Shown here: piece after piece, positions 1 through 9,586 of the stretch
Layout: each line of letters starts with the position of its first letter
Position numbering within the stretch: the stretch's first letter is position 1
From: Armatimonadia bacterium
GTDB taxonomy: Bacteria > Armatimonadota > Zipacnadia > Zipacnadales > UBA11051
NCBI GenBank assembly: GCA_039683575.1
Contig: JBDKRC010000302.1
Span: 11,173-75,172 of the forward strand
Direction of reading: 5' to 3'
DNA length: 64,000 bases
Made by a program: the position numbers and the translations under genes
The notes under the pieces: generated by a model
Seen by the model: only the letters and a program-made list of their open reading frames with translations
Told to the model about the DNA's origin: nothing
Database searches by the model: none

Positions 1-834
1 ATTCCCATCCGCCGGCGACCGCCGACGGTTCTGACAATACATGATCTGATCGGGCTGACCAACCCTGAGTGGGTGCCCCCGTTTGTGACCGCCCTGCATC
101 GCGCGATTGCCGATCTGGCGCCGCTTGCAGCGCAGGTGATCGTTGATTCCGAGGCTACTCGGGCCGAAGTGCTGAAGCAGTCGAGGGTCGAGCCGGAGCG
201 GATCACCGTAGTCCCGCTCGGAGTGCGCTCGGAGGCCTTCTCCCGCGAGGTCGGTGCCGGGGAACTGGCCGAGATCAAAGCGCGTTATCAGGTGACGAGG
301 CCCTACTTCCTGGCTATCAGCAGCATTGAGCCCCGGAAGAACCTCACGACTCTTCTCAAGGCCTATGACCTGCTCTGTGAGCGTGGCTTCGACGGTTGGG
401 ACCTGCACCTGATCGGCTCCCGAGTGGGCCACACGCCGGACTTTGAGGCCGCCCTGGCGTCTCCACGCAGGGGTGTGGTACGTGTCAGTGCGCAGGTCCC
501 TGATACTGACATGATCGGGCTGTTGCAGGGCGCTGGCGCGTTTGTGTTTATCTCCAGGGCCGAGGGGTTTGGTCTGCCGGTGCTGGAAGCCTTTGCCGCC
601 GGGTGTCCAGCGATCGCCGCCAACGCGACGTCACTGCCCGAGGTAGCTGGCGAGGCGGCCTTGCTGGTAGACCCGCTGGACCCGCAGGCGGTTGCGGACG
701 CGATGCTGCGGCTGGCCACCGAACCTGCGCTCGCGGAGCAATTGCGTGACCGCGGCCGTGCCCGGGTGCAGGAGTTCACCTGGGAGCGAACGGCCCGGGA
801 GACCTTGGAAGTATACCGGAAGGCTCTGGCATAG
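1..834 (+). CDS. Glycosyltransferase family 4 (5'-truncated by window edge)
   Basis: Frame is open from base 1 (IPIRRRPPTVLTIHDLI...); GT4 motifs IEPRKN and EGFGLPVLEAFAAGCP. Confidence 0.9.
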   Translation: MPIRRRPPTVLTIHDLIGLTNPEWVPPFVTALHRAIADLAPLAAQVIVDSEATRAEVLKQSRVEPERITVVPLGVRSEAFSREVGAGELAEIKARYQVTRPYFLAISSIEPRKNLTTLLKAYDLLCERGFDGWDLHLIGSRVGHTPDFEAALASPRRGVVRVSAQVPDTDMIGLLQGAGAFVFISRAEGFGLPVLEAFAAGCPAIAANATSLPEVAGEAALLVDPLDPQAVADAMLRLATEPALAEQLRDRGRARVQEFTWERTARETLEVYRKALA

Positions 835-858
835 CCCGGACTGGGTAGGGTAGCCCTT

Positions 859-1998
859 TTGCGAATCTTGATTTCCTCCCTCAATTCTGCCGCCTGGCTC
901 GCTGAGGCCCTTGCGGCCGAGGCCCGCTGCGAGGTTCACGCCCTGCACGCCTCTTGCGTCAATCTGGGCGATTTCGGCACGTCCACGCCACAACCGGTCC
1001 CGGGAGCCGCTCACCACCTGCATACGCTGCCCGTCTTCCCTCGCCGGCCCTACACTTACAGTCTCTACCAGCGGGGCCTGAGCCGGTTTCTCAAGCGTCT
1101 GCAGCCCGACGTCATCTACCACCTCGGGGAGCCTTCGGAGCTCAATACGGCGCAAGTCGTGCATGCCGCCCGTCGCCAGTGTCCCCAGGCCCGGCTGGTG
1201 CTGTTCTCCTTTGAGAACGTCCGGCATGATTGGTCTGGCCTGCCGCGCTGCCTGCGCGGGATGGCCCAGCGTTACGTCCTGCCGCGCCTGGACTGGGTGG
1301 CAGCGTGCAGCAACTCGGCGCGCCTTGTGCTGGAGGCCGACGGCTTCCCCCCTGAGCGCATTCGGATCGTGCCTCAGGCGGTGGACGACTCCGCCTTTGC
1401 TCCGCAGCCTGATCCGGCCCTCAGGCGCACTCTCTGCGCCGACGATGGCTTTCTGATCGGCTATATCGGACGGCTCGTGCCCGAAAAGGGCGTGGATGTA
1501 CTCCTACGGGCCCTCGCCGAACTGCCGCCGCAGTGCGTGCTGGCCGTGGTCGGCACCGGACGCGAGGCGGAGCCCCTGCGTGCCCTGGCCGCGGAACTGG
1601 GGGTGGCCGACCGGGTCCGCTGGCTGGGGTGGGTTGACCGCTGGCGGCTTGCCCCCTATGAGTCGACCTTCGACGCCATCGTTCTGCCCTCTCGTGGCAT
1701 CCCCACCTGGCAGGAGCAGTTCGGCGCGGTGCTCGTGGAGGCCATGTACTGCGAGACCGCGGTCATCGGCTCCTCCTCAGGGGCAATACCTGAGGTGATT
1801 GGCGACACCGGGCTGGTATTTCCTGAGGAGGAGGCGGTGGCACTGGCGGGATGTCTGCGGCAGTTGCAGGATGACGCCGGGTTGCGTCGCCGATTGGCTG
1901 TCGCGGGGCGTGAACGCGCGTTGCGCGAGTTTTCCATCCCCGCCTATGTGCGGAAGCTGCTGGCCCTGTTTGACGAGGCGCTACAACATGACAAGTAG
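859..1998 (+). CDS. Glycosyltransferase family 4
   Basis: GYIGRLVPEKG and EQFGAVLVEAM (E-x7-E) motifs; TTG start. Confidence 0.9.
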   Translation: MRILISSLNSAAWLAEALAAEARCEVHALHASCVNLGDFGTSTPQPVPGAAHHLHTLPVFPRRPYTYSLYQRGLSRFLKRLQPDVIYHLGEPSELNTAQVVHAARRQCPQARLVLFSFENVRHDWSGLPRCLRGMAQRYVLPRLDWVAACSNSARLVLEADGFPPERIRIVPQAVDDSAFAPQPDPALRRTLCADDGFLIGYIGRLVPEKGVDVLLRALAELPPQCVLAVVGTGREAEPLRALAAELGVADRVRWLGWVDRWRLAPYESTFDAIVLPSRGIPTWQEQFGAVLVEAMYCETAVIGSSSGAIPEVIGDTGLVFPEEEAVALAGCLRQLQDDAGLRRRLAVAGRERALREFSIPAYVRKLLALFDEALQHDK

Positions 1999-2016
1999 GC
2001 CGCAAGGGAGCCGGCC

Positions 2017-2817
2017 ATGACGCCCGACGCTGAGGCTCGCCCGCTGATCAGCGTGGTCATCCCTACCTGCAGCGCAGACAGGTTCCTGCCTGATTGCCTG
2101 CGCTCGCTGCAACGCCAGAGCATGGCCGATTTCGAGGCCATTGTCGTGGACAACGGCTCCACTGACGAGGCTGCGGCAGCCCTTACCGCCGAGTTCCCCT
2201 GGGTGCGCATGATCCGTCTGCCGGGCCGGCAGGGCTTTAGCAAGCCAGTCAACGCCGGCTGCGGCGCCGCTGAGGCGGACCTGGTCTTCGTGCTCAACGA
2301 TGATACCGTCCTTGAGGACGAATGCCTGCAGGAGTTGCTTGCTGCGGCGCAGGCGCACCCGGAGGTCTCCTTCTTCGCCGCCTTGATGGTCTACTATGAC
2401 GCGCCCGAGACCGTGAACAGCGCGGCCCACGCGCTTTTGTCATGGGGCGCCGCGGTTGACTGGGGGTTGGGGCAGCCCCTGTCGGAGGAGTACCTGCGTC
2501 CCCAGCCTGTGTTTGGGGCCTGCGCCGGGGCTGCGCTGTACCGCCGCGCGCTGCTGCAGGAACTGGGCGGCTTTGATGAGACCTTCCATTTTCTGCATGA
2601 GGACGTGGACCTGGACTTCCGCGCGCAACTGGCCGGACACACCTGCTGGACCGTCCCTACCGCGCGGGTGCGGCATCGCGTGTCGCAGTCCCTTGGCGCG
2701 GACTCGCCGTCGGCCATCGAGGCGGGCTTCCGCAATGCCGCGCTGGTGTTGGGGAGACCGGGCAGTGTGGACTTCCGGCTACCTGCCGCAGGGGCACTTT
2801 ACTCGGAGGTTTTGTAG
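2017..2817 (+). CDS. Glycosyltransferase family 2, possibly C-terminally truncated
   Basis: ISVVIPT, VVDNGSTD, LNDD, HEDVDLDFRA motifs; GGAG RBS. The sequence after RNAALVLG looks non-homologous. Confidence 0.8.
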   Translation: MTPDAEARPLISVVIPTCSADRFLPDCLRSLQRQSMADFEAIVVDNGSTDEAAAALTAEFPWVRMIRLPGRQGFSKPVNAGCGAAEADLVFVLNDDTVLEDECLQELLAAAQAHPEVSFFAALMVYYDAPETVNSAAHALLSWGAAVDWGLGQPLSEEYLRPQPVFGACAGAALYRRALLQELGGFDETFHFLHEDVDLDFRAQLAGHTCWTVPTARVRHRVSQSLGADSPSAIEAGFRNAALVLGRPGSVDFRLPAAGALYSEVL

Positions 2818-3741
2818 ATGTCTGTAATGGGCGCACTGACGAGATTTGAGCGATGGTATGCCTATACTTGTCGGCCCCATAGAGGCAAGGGGATAGTCCT
2901 GCGTCTGCTGCAGAAGCTGGTGCGCGGACGCGTGTTCGTCGCCGACCTTGACCAAGGCTTCCGCATGTGGCTCCACACTGATGACTGGGTGACCAGCGAG
3001 ATGTTCTTCAGCGGCACTTGGGAAGACCAGAACACTCGGGTCGTCCGGCGCATACTTGAGTCAGCTTGCGCCTTCGTCGATGTCGGTGCTAACATCGGCT
3101 ACTATACGCTTCTTGCTAGCAAGGTACTGAAGCACGGAGCGGTGTTCGCTTACGAACCCATGCCAAGCACCTTTGAATGGTTGGAACGTAACATTCGCCT
3201 GAACAAGTGTCGTAATGTGGAGTGCTTTCCCATTGCGATAAGTGACCAGGTGGGCGAAACGACTATACACCTGTTCGCGAGTGACTCGTTTGCAAGTGCC
3301 TCACAGTTTCAAGCTTGGCGCAGCGACGCCGTAGAGAGCGTGCGAGTGCCGACAACAACCTTGGACTCACACCTGCTTCCGCGACTCCCGAAGGTGCCCT
3401 CAAATATGCTGATGAAGGTTGATGCTGAAGGTGGGGAGTTTGCCATCTTTCGGGGTGCCGAGCAGCTGTTGACGAGTGTGCGGCCCATTCTCATGTTCGA
3501 GCTATTCCCGGCTCTCGCGGATGCTGCTGGCTGGCAGCCGGAGCAGTTGCTCGGTCACCTCAAGGGATATGGCTACGAGTTCTTCATACCCCAGCCGGAC
3601 GGGACAGTCAGACCGCTCGTGGACGATGACATCCCGTCTCCAAGTATAGAGGGTCACATTGACGTCTTTGCATTTCGGGGGGATGTCGAATGGCATCGCC
3701 AATGTCTTCCGAGGTGCACCAATGAAAGTGGGGCCGACTAG
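2818..3741 (+). CDS. FkbM family SAM-dependent methyltransferase
   Basis: FVDVGANIGYYTL, AYEP, MKVDAEGGE motifs; GGAGG RBS at 2805-2809; more A/T-ending codons than neighbours. Confidence 0.9.
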   Translation: MSVMGALTRFERWYAYTCRPHRGKGIVLRLLQKLVRGRVFVADLDQGFRMWLHTDDWVTSEMFFSGTWEDQNTRVVRRILESACAFVDVGANIGYYTLLASKVLKHGAVFAYEPMPSTFEWLERNIRLNKCRNVECFPIAISDQVGETTIHLFASDSFASASQFQAWRSDAVESVRVPTTTLDSHLLPRLPKVPSNMLMKVDAEGGEFAIFRGAEQLLTSVRPILMFELFPALADAAGWQPEQLLGHLKGYGYEFFIPQPDGTVRPLVDDDIPSPSIEGHIDVFAFRGDVEWHRQCLPRCTNESGAD

Positions 3742-3744
3742 AGA

Positions 3745-3903
3745 CTACCTCGCCGGGACGTTGCGTCGTTACTATGAAGTGCCCCAGTGCCTGCACGGCT
3801 GCGGCATTCGCTGACATACCGTTTCCTGCGGCGGTACTACCTCATGGAGACAGATCTGCAATCCTACCACGGTGCTCTCCTGATCGTGGCCCGAAAGGCC
3901 TAA
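3745..3903 (+). pseudogene. Probable remnant 3' end of a gene (methyltransferase-like C-terminus)
   Basis: 3811-3903 reads LTYRFLRRYYLMETDLQSYHGALLIVARKA*, stopping 5 nt before the next ATG; in-frame stop upstream and no convincing start. Confidence 0.35.
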
Positions 3904-3908
3904 AGCCC

Positions 3909-5174
3909 ATGCGAATCGCCATCTACCACAACGTACCGTCCGGCGGCGCCAAGCGTGTGGCTTACGAACACTGTAAGCGTCTTGTAGCCGCCGGGCATGA
4001 GGTCACCGTCTTTCAGCCCAGCACGGCTGACCTCGCCTTCTGTGACTTGGGTCAGGTTGCCACTCGGCAAGTAACGCTGCCCCTGAGCATGGGACACTTG
4101 CCCGCGTCGGCGCCCACGAAGCTGCGCATGGCAATCTACCACGCCAAGCTTGCGAGGGGCTATCGGAACCTGGCCCGGCTGCAGGCCCAGATCGCCCGGC
4201 AGATTGACGAAGAGGGCTTTGACCTGCTCTACGCCCACCACGACATGTATGAGACGGCTCCGTCGCTCCTGCGGCTGACGCGCCTGCCCTCGGTATATTT
4301 CTGCCAGGAGCCGTCACGTGGTGTATTTGAGGCTCCCCTGGTAGCCGAAGGCCACCCGCCGATGTGCGCTCGAAACTTCACACACATGGTTCTAAAGTCC
4401 CTGTTTGGCAACCCCACCGGCGAGGCCATGTTGCGCTTCCGCCGCATGAATGAGCGGATCAATACCCTGGCGGCGACCCTGGTGCTCGCCAACTCGACCT
4501 ACTCCTGCGAGTCCATCCTGCGCGCGCACGGGTGCGTAGCCCGCCGCTGCACGCTCGGGGTGGATGTGGATTTCTTCACGCCGGGGGAGGAGAAGCAGGA
4601 CTATGTGCTGTCCGTCGGCGCTTTCGACCCCCTCAAGGGCTTCCGTTTCCTGATCCGCGCGCTGGGCTGCGTGCCCTCCGGCAGCCGCCTGCCACTCATA
4701 ATCGCCGGAGACCGCGGCGTCGCTGGGGAAGAGGGGAGGCTGCACGAACTGGCGCGCGAGTACGGTGTGGAATTGACCACCCGCCCCGCAGTGAAGGATC
4801 AGGACCTGCGCGACCTGTACCGCAAGGCGCGCCTGTTCCTGTATGCGCCCTACATTGAGCCGCTGGGGCTCACACCGCTGGAGGCGATGGCGTGCGGCAC
4901 TCCGGTGCTGGGCGTGCGCGAGGGAGGGGTCCGTGAGACCGTCGTGGACGGACACTGTGGGCGTCTGGCGGACCGCAATGAGGAGCAGTACGCGCAGATA
5001 ATGGCAGAGTTGCTTGCCGATGGCGGCCAGACCGACGCTCTGGGCCAGCGTGCGGTGCAATACGTGCGGGACAACTGGACCTGGGACCGGTCGGTGGAGG
5101 AGTTGCTGGCTGCTTTCGCGCTGGCCCGCGAGGGACGCCCCTCGTGTGCTCCACAGCCCGCTGGACCGGCCTGA
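3909..5174 (+). CDS. Glycosyltransferase family 4
   Basis: Start at MRIAIYHNVPSGGAKR; EPLGLTPLEAMACGTPV motif. Confidence 0.9.
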   Translation: MRIAIYHNVPSGGAKRVAYEHCKRLVAAGHEVTVFQPSTADLAFCDLGQVATRQVTLPLSMGHLPASAPTKLRMAIYHAKLARGYRNLARLQAQIARQIDEEGFDLLYAHHDMYETAPSLLRLTRLPSVYFCQEPSRGVFEAPLVAEGHPPMCARNFTHMVLKSLFGNPTGEAMLRFRRMNERINTLAATLVLANSTYSCESILRAHGCVARRCTLGVDVDFFTPGEEKQDYVLSVGAFDPLKGFRFLIRALGCVPSGSRLPLIIAGDRGVAGEEGRLHELAREYGVELTTRPAVKDQDLRDLYRKARLFLYAPYIEPLGLTPLEAMACGTPVLGVREGGVRETVVDGHCGRLADRNEEQYAQIMAELLADGGQTDALGQRAVQYVRDNWTWDRSVEELLAAFALAREGRPSCAPQPAGPA

Positions 5175-5200
5175 GCGTGTTCGATGCTGATGAGATCACT

Positions 5201-6589
5201 ATGACCGTGACCGGCGGCGGAGAACCCGGCACAGGCGGTATCCCGGCGGCGGCCCCGGGGACAAAGGAGGCAGTGACCATCGACTCCCGACGCGAGCTCT
5301 TCATTGACAGCTATCTGGTGGACAACCTCTCAGGTACCGCACGGCGGCGCATGCACAACCCGCAGTTCCGCCAGCCCGTACTGCAGTTGGACGCCCCCTG
5401 TGAAGGTACAGTCTCAGCGTACTTCGCTGTGATGCGGGTAGAGGGCAAGATAAGGCTCTACTACCGCGGCCAGGGCAGCGAGGGGAAGCCGGAGACCACG
5501 TGCGTGGCAGAATCCGAGGATGGTATCAATTTCACGAGGCCGAAAGTGGGGATCTTCGAGTGGGAGGGCAACAAGGACAACAACATTGTCTGGCTCGGAG
5601 AAGGCAACCACAACTTCACGCCCTTCCTTGACCCCAATCCGGCGGCAGCGCCCGAGCAGCGGTTCAAGGCACTGGCGAGCGTGGGGCCGAAGGGGCAACT
5701 GGCGACCTTCGTCTCCGCCGACGGGTTTGCCTGGAAGCGCCTGCGCGACGAGCCTGTCATCACCAAGGGGGCCTTCGACTCGCAGAACCTGGCCTTCTGG
5801 GACCCGCTGCGCAAGCTCTACGTGGAGTACCACCGCGGCTTCCGCGACGGTGTCAGAGACATCATGACCTCCACTTCGGCCGACTTCCTCACCTGGACCG
5901 AGCCGCAATGGCTGGATTACGGGGAGGCGCCGGCTGAGCACCTGTACACGAACGCAATCACACCATACTTCCGCGCTCCGCACCTGTACGTGGGGCTTCC
6001 GAACCGTTACGTCCCGGGCCGGAAGAAGATTGCCACCCACAAAGAGGACGGCGTCGATGACGCCCTGCTGATGAGCAGCCGTGACGGCCTGCACTTCGAG
6101 CGCTGGCGAGAAGCCTTCCTGCGGCCGACGCTCGATGACGAGAACTGGACCGACCGCAACAACTACATTGCGTGGGGCATCGTGCCGCTGAACGAGCGCG
6201 AGATTGCGATCTACTCAACTGACCACTACCGCCACCCCACTGCCCGCGTGGTCCTGAACACGATCCGTACCGACGGCTTCGCCTCCCTCTATGCTGACGC
6301 CGAGGGCGGCCAGGCCCTCACCCGGCCCTTCACCTTCAGCGGCAAGCGCCTCGAGGTCAACTACGCCACGTCGGCGGCTGGTAGCCTGCGCTTTGAGCTC
6401 TGTGATGCCACGGGCAAGGCTCTGCCTGGCTTCAGCATGGCCGACAGCGAGTTGCTCTATGGCAACGAACTGGCCCACACCGTGGCGTGGCGCGGCGGAA
6501 CGGACGTAAGCGCGCTGGCGGGGCAGACGGTGCGGCTGAGGGTCAACCTAGAAGACGCGGACCTGTTCTCAGTGATGTTCTGCCCGTAG
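5201..6589 (+). CDS. Hypothetical protein, beta-propeller glycoside hydrolase-like (GH32/43 clan-like) with C-terminal beta-sandwich
   Basis: RRELFID N-terminus; Asp-box-like repeats (AESEDGINF, VSADGFAW, TSADFLTW, SSRDGLHF); RTDGFASL. Alternative GTG start at 5273 after AAGGAGG. Confidence 0.65.
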   Translation: MTVTGGGEPGTGGIPAAAPGTKEAVTIDSRRELFIDSYLVDNLSGTARRRMHNPQFRQPVLQLDAPCEGTVSAYFAVMRVEGKIRLYYRGQGSEGKPETTCVAESEDGINFTRPKVGIFEWEGNKDNNIVWLGEGNHNFTPFLDPNPAAAPEQRFKALASVGPKGQLATFVSADGFAWKRLRDEPVITKGAFDSQNLAFWDPLRKLYVEYHRGFRDGVRDIMTSTSADFLTWTEPQWLDYGEAPAEHLYTNAITPYFRAPHLYVGLPNRYVPGRKKIATHKEDGVDDALLMSSRDGLHFERWREAFLRPTLDDENWTDRNNYIAWGIVPLNEREIAIYSTDHYRHPTARVVLNTIRTDGFASLYADAEGGQALTRPFTFSGKRLEVNYATSAAGSLRFELCDATGKALPGFSMADSELLYGNELAHTVAWRGGTDVSALAGQTVRLRVNLEDADLFSVMFCP

Positions 6590-6683
6590 AGGGCCGGCAG
6601 AGCCCTGCACCATCCCTTTCTGCAGGAGTGGGCGGGCTTGCGCGGAAGCTTGGGGGGGCATTTACGAAGGGGTTTGTCTCTGG

Positions 6684-6998
6684 TCAGCGCTCTGTGGGCC
6701 GTTGGGGGGCCTCATCAAGCCTCGCAAGTCGCAGCGCCAAGGCGGCCACCGCTGCATGTACAGGCACGTCGTCAAATCCCTGGTCGAGGTGCCAGGCAAC
6801 GAGGCCGTGGCCTAGCATTGCGAGCCGGTTGAGGGGCGGAGTGGGCTCGGCCAATAGTGCCTCCGCTTGCTTCAGCCTGTCCAGTACTGACCGCGGCAAG
6901 CTACCAGGCTCGGCGTCAGCGCGCCTGCGCACGTCTTGTATCTCGGCCAGTAGCTCGGCCTGCAGCCTCTCGCTCCACTTTGGTGGCATCAGATCCAC
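6684..6998 (-). CDS. Small alpha-helical protein, candidate immunity protein (Tsi6-like)
   Basis: 104-aa ORF 10 nt downstream of the toxin-like lipoprotein; GAGGGG RBS (ATG at 6989 is an alternative start); amphipathic helices, no signal peptide. Confidence 0.55.
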   Translation of the reverse strand: MDLMPPKWSERLQAELLAEIQDVRRRADAEPGSLPRSVLDRLKQAEALLAEPTPPLNRLAMLGHGLVAWHLDQGFDDVPVHAAVAALALRLARLDEAPQRPTER

Positions 6999-7008
6999 GC
7001 CCCCTCGC

Positions 7009-7707
7009 TCACAGCGCCGCCCCCGCGGGATACCGCAACTCTGATACCAAGTCTATGGCGTCGTCGTTCAACTCCGCGTGGTCGCCTGCCCACACCGTGG
7101 CCTCAGGAACGTATATCTGCTGCCCACCTCCGGTGGCATAGGGGCCGAAGACTTCAGTATTCCAGGTCATGTCGGCGCAATAGCCCGTGATGAGCACCAC
7201 CCCGGCCTTCAGACGGTAGAGACTAACACAGTAGGCATTGTTGTCCAGTGGTAGGGCGAACAGTCGGCAGGCCTCGTCCGGCAGGTACATGTAGTCCTGC
7301 TGCGACGGTGTGTACCAGCGGCCGAGCTTGTGCTCCGGGTCACCCCAATAGCGCGTGACATAGGTCGGGTAGCGCAGTTGCAGCACCTGCAGGGAGTGCG
7401 ACCCGGAAGTGTCGTAGGAACTCAGGAGTTCGGTCGCCTGCTCCCGCGTCCTGCCGGTGACTTGCGCAACCGTCGTCAATACTGCGGGGTCTTCACGAAC
7501 TCCTGACGCCAGAAGCGAACCGTAGATGGCGGTACCCGGCACCCCTGTGGCCTGAAACCGCAGAGTCGTGCCATCAACGACAACCGTACTCCATGTGGCG
7601 ACTTCGCCAGCCCCGCCGCCACAACCGCCGAGCGTCAGCAGCGCAGCCAGCACCAGCAAGGCAACCGCCAACAGGCGCACCTCAAAGCTCGGACGAAAGC
7701 GTCTCAT
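7009..7707 (-). CDS. Lipoprotein with TNT/Tse6-like NAD glycohydrolase / ADP-ribosyltransferase-fold C-terminal domain
   Basis: AGGAG RBS; signal MRRFRPSFEVRLLAVALLVLAALLTLGG-C (lipobox); domain motifs RYWG..GRWYTP..FALP..N..G..AD.TW..GGGQQIY. Confidence 0.6.
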   Translation of the reverse strand: MRRFRPSFEVRLLAVALLVLAALLTLGGCGGGAGEVATWSTVVVDGTTLRFQATGVPGTAIYGSLLASGVREDPAVLTTVAQVTGRTREQATELLSSYDTSGSHSLQVLQLRYPTYVTRYWGDPEHKLGRWYTPSQQDYMYLPDEACRLFALPLDNNAYCVSLYRLKAGVVLITGYCADMTWNTEVFGPYATGGGQQIYVPEATVWAGDHAELNDDAIDLVSELRYPAGAAL

Positions 7708-7754
7708 ACCAGATATCTCCTGCGTCATGATCGTGGACAGGTTGCAGGGGTAGT

Positions 7755-9398
7755 TCATTCAGAAGGGCCTACTGTGACTGACACGTTGCCGCCTGCCCCT
7801 CCCAGCGCCCGTAGTTCGCACAGCACAGGGGCGTCTCCCTCCGCCGCCACGAACCACTCAAGGTCGCGACCGTCCGTCAGGCCGCCGAGATGCCCCAGTG
7901 CCCGGTGCCCCGCTTCCGACAGCAGCCGAACACCCTTGGCGGGATGAAACTCGACGCGCACGCCCTGCAAACGCCTCAGGCCGCGTCCACGGTTGGACAC
8001 GTGGGTAGGGAACTCGCCGCGGTTCGCCACCCGGGCGCGGATGCGGTACGTACCGTCCGCGATGCGCTCGGCTCGCGCGTCCTCTACCATTACGCGCGGC
8101 TGCCGGCTCGCATGGGCCAGGGTGAATTGGTACGTGCCGGCCGCAATGCGCTTCAGGTCGTCCAGCGTCGGGTTGGACACGTGCCGGTGCAGCAGTCCCC
8201 CAATCTCGGCGTGCCCGAGTTGTGGGTGATCGAAGGGCGTCCAGGGCGCAAAGACCGGGTCCCGCTTCTTCTGCTGGTCCCACCAGGCAAGCGTGTGGCG
8301 CATCAGCGCCTCGTGCTCCTGGTCTGACCTTACCGCAAAGATGTCTGGCGTGGCGATCCCCGCGCTGTTCATCAGGATGCCCAGTTCGAACTCGAACACG
8401 AATAGTCCCAGGTGGCGGTAGCCAAAGTCGTGGAAATGCCCCCGCAGGTTGATATCGCGGGCGTCGTTGCGCCGGTACTTGACTACGGGGATCACCGGAA
8501 AGCCAGTGTGCTCGGAGCCGATCTCCGCCAACTCCCGCATGACCCTAACGTCTGCCTCATCCAGATCGCCGTCCGCGCCCGTCGAGGGCGGGCGCAGCAC
8601 CGCATTGGGGCCGGTGTGGTAGCCCAGGACTGCGAAGATATTCGGCCGGCTGAAGATGAAGTCGGCCAGGGCCCGCATTTCAGTCTCGCTGAAGGGAAAG
8701 TCACCGGCTCCCCACTGCTCGGGCTCGGGTCGCCAGTCATACGACCAGTTGCGGTTCCAGTCGAAGCTGCGACCCTCCACGGCGATGTGCTCGGTTCCAT
8801 CCCAGTCATAGACCATGCCCTCGGGCAATGTCCGGTAGAAGGGGGGCTTGCTCTCGCGCGTGCGCCTTACCAGCAGGCGCGGGTCCTCCGGGTCGGCCAC
8901 GAAGGGGCCATTCGGGTGCGGCATGCGCATCGTGAGGATCAGCCCGTCGCCGTTCACGTCTTCCTGGTAGAGCGTGTTGGCCACCCGGTCTGAGCGGTCC
9001 GTCCGACTGCGGATGCTTCCCGAGGTCGTCACGGCGAACTCGCCGCCATCCGGGTTGATCCTGGGGACGATATAGAAGGCTGTCCGCTGCAACACGTCTG
9101 ACTTGTGGGCGTCGGCGAGTAGCTGTCGCGCCGTGAACAGCGCGGCATGGGTGCCAGCCAGCTCCACGGCATGTATGTTGCCATGGATGAGGTATGCCGG
9201 CTTGTCCTGCGCGGGGCCGGTGGAGGGATCGGTGATGGTCAGCAGATGGATCGCCCGGCCGTCCCGCGAGGTGCCGATGGACGACAGAGAGACGAGGTCG
9301 GGCCTACTGGCCGCCAGCGCAGTTACAAACTCGGTGAGTTCGTCATAGCCAAGAAAGTGCTCAAAGTGGAGCTCCGGGAGGTTACCAGTAGCGGGCAT
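7755..9398 (-). CDS. M14 family zinc carboxypeptidase
   Basis: IHAVE (HxxE), INPDG, DWNRNW, PFSETE, YHT motifs; AAGGAG RBS. Confidence 0.9.
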   Translation of the reverse strand: MPATGNLPELHFEHFLGYDELTEFVTALAASRPDLVSLSSIGTSRDGRAIHLLTITDPSTGPAQDKPAYLIHGNIHAVELAGTHAALFTARQLLADAHKSDVLQRTAFYIVPRINPDGGEFAVTTSGSIRSRTDRSDRVANTLYQEDVNGDGLILTMRMPHPNGPFVADPEDPRLLVRRTRESKPPFYRTLPEGMVYDWDGTEHIAVEGRSFDWNRNWSYDWRPEPEQWGAGDFPFSETEMRALADFIFSRPNIFAVLGYHTGPNAVLRPPSTGADGDLDEADVRVMRELAEIGSEHTGFPVIPVVKYRRNDARDINLRGHFHDFGYRHLGLFVFEFELGILMNSAGIATPDIFAVRSDQEHEALMRHTLAWWDQQKKRDPVFAPWTPFDHPQLGHAEIGGLLHRHVSNPTLDDLKRIAAGTYQFTLAHASRQPRVMVEDARAERIADGTYRIRARVANRGEFPTHVSNRGRGLRRLQGVRVEFHPAKGVRLLSEAGHRALGHLGGLTDGRDLEWFVAAEGDAPVLCELRALGGAGGNVSVTVGPSE

Positions 9399-9586
9399 GC
9401 TGCTCTCCTTTTGATAGGCAAAGCACGGCTGCACTGGTCGTTCGACGCAGATGCTACGTCTACCTGCGGCGAACTCACGCTCGTGAGATTGCGGGAGGAC
9501 ACTGCCCCGGAGGTGGTGAACCAGCCATCAACTCCTGCGACATGACCTCAAAGCAGCGCTGGCTGCAGAAACCAAAGGACTAACAC

